DNA from: Marsupella aquatica
Lineage: Eukaryota; Plantae; Marchantiophyta
Length of the DNA: 64,000 nucleotides
Reading direction: 5' to 3'
Assembly: GCA_973895155.1 (NCBI GenBank)
Contig: OZ316898.1
Coordinates: 2,579,927-2,643,926, forward strand
Below, piece by piece: positions 56,916 to 64,000 of the stretch (position 1 is its first letter; every line of letters starts with the position of its first letter). The notes under the pieces were generated by a model. That model saw only the letters and a program-made list of their open reading frames with translations, was not told the DNA's origin and made no database searches. The translations under genes were made by a program, and so were the position numbers.

Positions 56916-58366
56916 ATGGGACAATTTGACAACCAACCGAAGGTAGGGTCTGCAAAACTGCAGCAGCATGATGAGCAGAATACTCCAGAAACGCTCCCCC
57001 AGACTCAGAGTATTCCGATTGTGGACTTTGCTGGCATAGACGGGCCAGAACACACGAGGATATGTCAGCAGATTGCAGAGGCTTGCGAGACTTGGGGCTT
57101 TTTCCACTTGATCAATCATGGAGTTGACCAGTCTCTGCTTAAGAAAGCGAAGGACGTGACGTGGGAGTTCTTTCATGGCCCCGAGGAGGAGAAATCGAAG
57201 ATCAAAGTTCAGGAAGCTGAAGGCTGGAACCATTCCAAAAATTTGGTCAAAGGAAATAATATGATACAGAAGGATACCGTTGAGCATATGTTCCAGGTTT
57301 GTCATCCAGAACGACAAAATGCCGATCGATTTCCACAGCAACCGCCATCATATAGGTATCACCTCCAACCCTAGCTGATCAAAATAATGGGCAACTTTGT
57401 CGATACTGGACATCTTTACAACATGATCACTCGTTCTGACCAGTTGATTCATAGTTGATTCATGGAATTGCGTAAGCTTCATTGTCTAATGATTCATAAC
57501 TTCGCCTTGATTCAACAGACCTACACTATTGGAGTACACAAAACGGCTAGAGTTTCTGGGTGAGAAACTGCTGCGTATACTTTCAGAAATGCTGGGTCTC
57601 GCGCCTGAGGCGTTAAAGACTGCCCTGATTCGTGGCACCGCCAGCCAAGCCGTCCTGATTAGTATGAGGTCCAATTTCTATGGAATGAACGAAGATGGGG
57701 AAGCACTTCCAAATCTTTGCCACGCCCACACCGATCCTGGTCATCTTACGTTTTTGCTTGCCGACGAGGCTCCGGGACTGGAAATTAGAAAGGATGGGCA
57801 TGATTGGGTGAAAGTCGATCCCATACCCGGTGGTTTGATCGTTAACGTCGCTGATATGCTCGAGGTAAACTCCCTTTGCTTGTTTCGGATTAATTTGGTT
57901 GAGTGCACTAAATCTGACATATTGTGCCGATTGAATGTTAAGTGTAGCTTAATAGGTCTAGAGGATAGTCAGAGGTCCACCGCATAGTCAATGAGGATAG
58001 TGAGAGGTCAACCGCATAGTCAGTGAGGATAGCCTTCTGTAGCTTTTTGATTTTATCAGTTCACTTGTCATATGATCAGCATACCTTGCAATCGGCTGAT
58101 ACATCTGATTTGTCGGTGATCAGGTCTGCAGTAATGGCCGTTACAAGAGCATTTACCACCGGGGACTGCCGTGTAGCAAGCAGGAGCGGCTAACATTGGC
58201 AAATTTTCAGATACCCGAGCTGGATGCACTGATTGGTCCCATTCCGTCGCTCTTGGATGAAAGCCATCCTCCTAAATATAAAACTTTCCCATTTATGGAA
58301 TTCTTCCTATCACGTATGCAACTTGGTCTGGACGGCACACATGGACTACAGACCTTCAAACTATGA
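56916..58366 (+). CDS. 2-oxoglutarate/Fe(II)-dependent dioxygenase (plant DOXC class), 342 aa
   Basis: Exons 56916-57355, 57519-57864 and 58124-58366 are in phase. DIOX_N motif IPIVDF...IAEACETWGFFHLINHGV; iron ligands HTD...H (SNGRYKSIYHR); 2OG-binding motif is R-L-T. Confidence 0.93.
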
Positions 58367-59369
58367 TAGACATTGTCCAATAACTCAGACAATCGGTTTT
58401 TTCCATCGTTAATTCAATTCAATAATATATATTACCTCTCAAGGTTATAGCTCGCAAATCGGAGTACTTACTGTCTACCGCTTCAAGCGGGACACAGGTC
58501 ATGCACCAGATTTGCAATGCAGTGTACAGATTCCATTCCCGTCGAGTAATATTCAGGTGTACTTCTCCATATGTTTCTCTATATATGATTGTTATTACAC
58601 GGAGTGCTGTGTGCAGCACTCTAATCCCTTTCTTCACATTTTGTAAATGACCGATCCCTTCGGCCTGCCGATGCGAATCGGTTGATTGTGGTAAGCTGTC
58701 CGTATGTGGTCGTAGCTCATGTTAGTCCTGCAGCATACGGTAGTGATCAAGGCACGTTGGCGGGACCCGCTGTAGTGTGATGGTAAAACCAAGAAATGCG
58801 GTGATCGCTGGGTCGCAGGATGGCATTTCGATGGTTGGAGTCGGGTTGTCTATCGGTCTAGCTCCCATGCACTGTGGCTGGGTACGGCATCACTGTGTGA
58901 CCTCCCGTGTGTCCTTTATCCACAAGTTTTGACGAAGATGGCTAGCTTGTCTGGATTCACTAGGGAGTCAGGTTTGCAAGGCAGCACAGGTTTCCGGACA
59001 GAGCTTCGTAGACTCAATTGAAAGTGTCGTCAGGTACGTCGCTGAGCTTTGCTCGGGGCTATGCTTTGAAGACTGCCCAATATAGGTATGTTCTTGATCG
59101 GAGATATATTTAGTGTACTTCCAAATACAACTTTTTCTCTTTAATGTACCAAAAGTTGCAGGCACTCTCCTAGTGGACCTCTGAGATGTTCTTCTAATGC
59201 ACTATGTAGTTCTCATAATGCGAGATTGTCACTGTAAAACACAACATGTTCTTCTTCAGTGTCGAACCCCGTCGCCGAATGCGATCGACTACGATTGCAC
59301 TTCCGAGTGAATCAATGTATACATTGACCACAATGCATACAAACATCAACATAATGTCAAACAAACAAA

Positions 59370-60015
59370 AATAATATAAGTGTGAAATTTGAATATAACA
59401 TGCAACAACGTGTATACATGACAAATCATACTTCTATGTTGAATATTGATTTGTAGGTTTTGTCCATATTGGGTAGGCTTTGGTGGGGGGTGTCTTGTAA
59501 AGTTGCAGGGAATTAATAATTTTTTTCTAAGTGTGAAATCTGAGTACAACGTGCAAAGTGTATATATCACAAATCATACTTCTATGTTGAATACAATAGG
59601 TTTTGTCCATTTGGGCAGGCTTCGAAGGGGGGCGTCTTTTTAAAGTCGGAGGGACTAAATTTTTTTCTAAGTGTGAAATCTGAATACAACGTGCAAAGTG
59701 TATACATCATAAATCATACTTCTATGTAAGTTGAATACGGTAGGTTTTGTCCATTTGGGTAGGCTTCGACTGGGAACGTCTTTGTAAAGTTGGAGGAAAT
59801 GAAATTTTTCTAAGTGTGAAATCTGAATTTAACGTGCATATTGTATACAAGCTACACATTGTTCTATGTTCAACATTATTTGGTTTTGTCCATTAGAGCA
59901 AGCCTTGGTGCCTGTATGTAAGGCAAGGGAGTCATACTTTGTTTAAGTGCAACCTTGGAATACAATGTCCACCATGTATACAAGGTAAAAATGGTTTTGT
60001 CCATTTGTAGGCTGT
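59370..60015 (+). repeat. ~140-bp satellite-like tandem array, about 4.5 copies
   Basis: aagtgtgaaat at 59378, 59529, 59669 and 59812 (degenerate at 59945), each followed by cttctatgt-like and ggttttgtccat motifs. Confidence 0.88.
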
Positions 60016-60379
60016 GGAGTCATGAAATCAATATTTGCACTGTAAGTAATGAATACATTGTGCGGCATGTATACTATCCAATCATGGTTTGTGCATTCTT
60101 GTATACTTTGTTCATTTTTGGAACAGATCATGTACTAAGTGTACAGTCTTCAAAGAGAGCAAGAAATCAAGCAACATTGGATATTATTTACTAAATGCAA
60201 CAACAATTAATACAGACGGACATAGGCATATTGATATTATTTTCCTTCTATAAGTCACGGGAATCAAATTGAATGCTGTCCGTTATGCAGGCGGTCGCTG
60301 CCGGTAGCTGGTGGGTGCAGGTTAGCTGTGCATAGATTGCAGTTAAATACGTCAAACACGCCACTATTAACATCCAGCA

Positions 60380-60500
60380 GGCCATGTCCTGGTGGTAGAT
60401 GGGTGGAAGTGTGGCAAGAGTGGGTGTGGGTTCGAATCTCGCCTCCCTTGTTTTCTCTTTTAACACAGATCCCCCCAAAAGTGGGGTACAAAGGTCTCTA
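60380..60500 (+). mobile_element. tRNA-derived SINE-like head (Pol III A and B boxes)
   Basis: A-box-like tggtggtagatgg (60390-60402) and B-box ggttcgaatct (60429-60439) at tRNA-like spacing. No cloverleaf is evident. Confidence 0.45.
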
Positions 60501-61159
60501 GTGACATTAGTATTCCACCCGAGAGTTAACACACATCCTCCCCCAAAAGGGGGGTTCACTAGCACCTAGTGACACTTGGAATTTTTTCATTCAAGGAGAG
60601 GAACCGGCTGTAGCAGTTTCCGGTCAATGTTCACTTAACTACAAGACAACATTAATTGTAAAACACGTGACTCGTAGAAGTGAATATATTGATCAATTCA
60701 TATTTATTAATCAAGAACACAATGGTGACAAAACAGGGCTATAACTTTCCCCAAGTTGTGAACCATGTTGTCTTCCAACATGTATTCTCATGAACGAAAC
60801 AAATGTTATGATGTGTTACATGAAACAGAGTTTAAAGAATACATAACCATGTAGAATTTTGTGTTCTAGATATTCTCAACATACAAAAGAATGTTGCAAT
60901 GTGTTACATAACAGATCGAGAGTTCGGTGAATACATAAAACAATGTTGTAGGATCATAACACAACAAAAAGTACCAATTACACATACAGATTTTCAAATT
61001 ATGCAAGGGCTCCTTCAATATTCACCTCAAATGTAAACTATTCATCATTGAAGCTCAAGAAATGCTAAATGACACAAAATCATCATCCCAGACCACCAAT
61101 CTCTTGAAGAAATAACAAGAATACAACAATCAAAATGTATTCTTAATGGCACAAAACCC

Positions 61160-62500
61160 TATTATATCTCTTCAGTGGATTCAATGGTGGACAAACAAAA
61201 CTTTGAAGTCATTGTTGCGGTCACCTCGAGCTGCTTCATAAGGACATCAGCATCCACAAGATTGCTTTTGCTGATCACTTTCTCAACTCTTGTTTGCACA
61301 GGGGCACCACAAGGAGGGCAATGTCTACGCTCAACAACAAGCTTATTTACAACAGCAAAGTGTTGACCTGCTTTAATCCACACTAGACAATATGGGATCA
61401 ATCTGAGCAATTTGCTTGTGCATTGTCTCTAGCTGGCAAATGGTACCATACTCTGCAAATTTATCAGCATTAATTCATCGATCTCCACAAGCTTTAATTT
61501 CATGCAGCTTGAAAGATTGTGGCCTTATATGGCCCAGTGTTCTCATACACATCAACCATGAAATTTTGGAACCTATACAAATGACAATTGTTCCCGTCCA
61601 ACAATGGGTCGTGGTTGCATTGCTCCACTGCTTCAATGGACTTCCAACAAACCAAACCACAGCCAATCCCATGCCTACAACCTCTATAAGTGAACTTTCT
61701 TGGCCACGGGAAATCAGAGGCAAAATTACAAGCATATACCAGGATTGGCCCAATGATGTTGTCTGGCCGCTCCCAAGGCCGCTCCTTCATTGCAATTTGC
61801 ACATCCTCAAGGGTCGACATAGCAGGAACACAAGCAAGAACATGAGCGGGAACAGGAGTGCGAACCAGCAACATGAGCAGGAACCAACAACACGAGAAAA
61901 TGCAAGAAAATGTTGAGAAACAAACCAAATGACAATAAAACAACAGGATCCATAAAGGGCGGGCACATTTGAATTTTGAAAATTCATTTAAAAGTTGTAT
62001 ACACTACGGACAATGTCTTCATAAAAGCAAGGAGGTTGGGGGAGGTACGGTGCTTGCAAGCTCCAATGTAGTCATAAACTATTTTCTTTGTATCTTGAAC
62101 ACTAAAGTGACAATGTATTCTGAAATACTTCGACGCTAAGGCACGAAGGCACATGTGTGCTCTAATGTCGCCGCAAACTCGTTCAATTGTAGTTTTGAAT
62201 ACAATAGCCATATTGTATTCAAAAAAACTAGGAAGCCATGGTGCTGCGGCAATACGGATCGAGCTCAATTGTGGCTAGGGCTACGTCGCTGGTGCACTGC
62301 AACATTATCGGCGGCCTACTACACATGACCAACCACGGTGTCCACTGGGTACCGAGTGGACCTGAAGTGTGTGGTAAGGTCTTTCAGAAGAACATACTTG
62401 TACAGAGTGAGCCCGGAGGCCCATTGGGAGGGAATCTAAACTTTGGGGTCCATTGGAAGAGCGTGTGCAACCTTTGGTCCATGAAGAGAAAAAGTTGTGT
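61160..62500 (-). pseudogene. Decayed coding relic, possibly the C-terminus of a CACTA/EnSpm-type transposase plus an adjacent ORF
   Basis: Frameshifted - strand peptides EQCNHDP...FMVDV...GP, EYGTICQL...QIAQID and LVWIKAGQHFAVVNKL...CPPCG. The style recalls DNA-transposon proteins; no catalytic core or TIRs were identified. Confidence 0.35.
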
Positions 62501-62527
62501 TTGGAGATCCACTAAGTATATCTCTCT

Positions 62528-63073
62528 GTTATTGATAGTTTCCTTGGTATGGGTGCATGTATATATATCTGGTCTTTGCCTTATGCCGACTCTAAGAGCA
62601 ATGAAGTGAGGCACTTCTATCTAGGCATTGATATGTCCCTGTTGAGTGGTTGGTACTAAGTTATTTCCTTTCCCAAGTTGATTTTGTGGCGATCTACTGT
62701 AGATTATATGCATATTATTTCTATTTGAAGAGGCTACCTGGCTGTTCGTAGAAAATTGCAGTCCAGTACGTGGTGGGTACTCTCTATCTGCTCCAGGTAG
62801 TACCCCTTCCTGTGACACATACATGTAGCAAGGATGAAAGCAACATTAATAGGTAGCGGTGCCTCCTATTTCCATGGCGGGCCAAGCAGAGACCAGGGAC
62901 TATCCATCAGCTTCATCCTTCTGGACTGTCAAAGTGTTGCCATCAATTTGGCTGCTGGCCTTTGGATAAGAGGTATGGAGGTTGTCAGATGAGGGTGGCG
63001 GATTGCATATAAATAGGCGATGTGAATCAATCAGGAGCAAAGGTCAATGCCAAGCACCCGTTTCAGCTCTCTA
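62528..63073 (+). pseudogene. Diverged duplicate of NRPB1 last intron, last exon and 3'UTR (source 51651-52243)
   Basis: Collinear matches: gttattgatagt.tccttggtatg.gtgcatgt; gattttgtggcga; atttgaagaggct; gaaaattgcag; tctgctccaggt; gggactatccatc.gcttcatccttctgg; taagaggtatggaggtt.tcagatgagggtg; ccgtttcagctctcta. Confidence 0.92.
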
Positions 63074-63849
63074 CATAGCATGCTCATCCTGGAACATGCT
63101 TGAGTTTTTGACTTGTAGTGATTTGAAAGTAAATAAAATATGAGAACATAACTAGAAGGATTGGTGCACAGTGAACAATTAAAAGTACAATCAAGGATGC
63201 TATGATGTCTGCACTTAATTCAATGTCCTCATGAATGACACTCATTTCAATAAAAACCATAAACTTAGGAAAGAAAGACACAAGGAGAACTTAAAACACA
63301 AACATAACCATTTCTCTCACTCGTGAGAATATTTTGTTCAAGTGGTGGAGCCTTTTGTTCATCTCTGATATATCACAAACATCAAAATTTTTATGAGGGC
63401 TGCCAAAATAAGTTCAAAATACTCTAGAATACCAAAATTAAAGGGGTCCATAAATTAAATAAAAATGTATATTACACATAGGTTGCCCCTTGATAAGGCA
63501 CATTGAAATAAAAATATATGACACCAAAACTCTGAATAAGACAAATTCTGAAAGGTGGATTCACCATATGGCAGTTTCAAAATTTCTATAGATGGTTGGC
63601 AGTAGCACAGAAAACTTACATGCCAAAGGGAGACATGATAGATATCGTTCAAGAGGCTGATGATTGATTTGGCTGACCCATGAGAAGACAGATGTACATT
63701 ACATACTCAGTTTAAAAATATTTCTGGACGAACTTCATGGTTAAGTGGGTAGAGTTATGACGGTCCTTGCCCGAGTGGCCATGCGTGAATGAGCGTAACT
63801 TATTCAGCGTAGTATTGCTCTATCTTGAATTACTCCTGAAATTTGATAA

Positions 63850-64000
63850 CCCTGAGGCGGGCTAGCCATGGAGACCAACGCGGGATGGTCACTGCTTGAC
63901 CATGCTTCCCTGCCACACGCTTCCCTGCCACACGCAAGTACTACTGTAGGTGCTTAGAAGTGGGGCCAACGCTTTGAAAGGAACGGAAGTCATTGGATAA
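63850..64000 (+). repeat. Dispersed repeat, second copy at ~54745-54885
   Basis: ggtcact...catgcttccctgccacac...tgtaggtgctt..aagtgggg..aac.ctttg...ggaac..aagt.attggata occurs at both sites. Confidence 0.75.

Noticed and set aside
60380-60450. tRNA gene
   Set aside because: A/B-box-like motifs are present, but no acceptor or anticodon stems can be paired; kept only as SINE-like.

Overview
Eukaryotic nuclear DNA from a land plant. A bryophyte, probably a liverwort, is inferred from gene structure and protein style; this is not proven. Host genes: (1) the 5' part of an unknown, largely disordered protein running off the left edge (-), with an E2F site upstream; (2) a 4-exon conserved plant protein of unknown function (+, 8097-10605); (3) an intronless cytosolic-type leucyl-tRNA synthetase with an N-terminal targeting-like extension (-); (4) a 6-exon plastid-targeted DprA/Smf-like protein of cyanobacterial type (-); (5) an orphan-like gene of 3 or more exons encoding a duplicated, unrecognised ~95-aa domain (+, 38681-42096); (6) the 14-exon RNA polymerase II largest subunit NRPB1 (+); (7) a 3-exon 2-oxoglutarate/Fe(II) dioxygenase (+). 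The accessory DNA holds two independent copia-type solo LTRs, two decayed CRE-like (RLE) non-LTR retrotransposons, a decayed fungal-style RNase H1-like ORF, a displaced copy of the NRPB1 terminal exon and 3'UTR, a 63-bp-arm foldback, a tRNA-derived SINE-like head and many tandem duplications. The most unusual item is a 4.2-kb TG...CA-bounded insert inside one CRE-like element. It has no internal direct repeats and no gag/pol, but it carries an intact 617-aa ORF, so it looks like a giant solo LTR that itself encodes a protein. All calls are by eye; no database searches were run.
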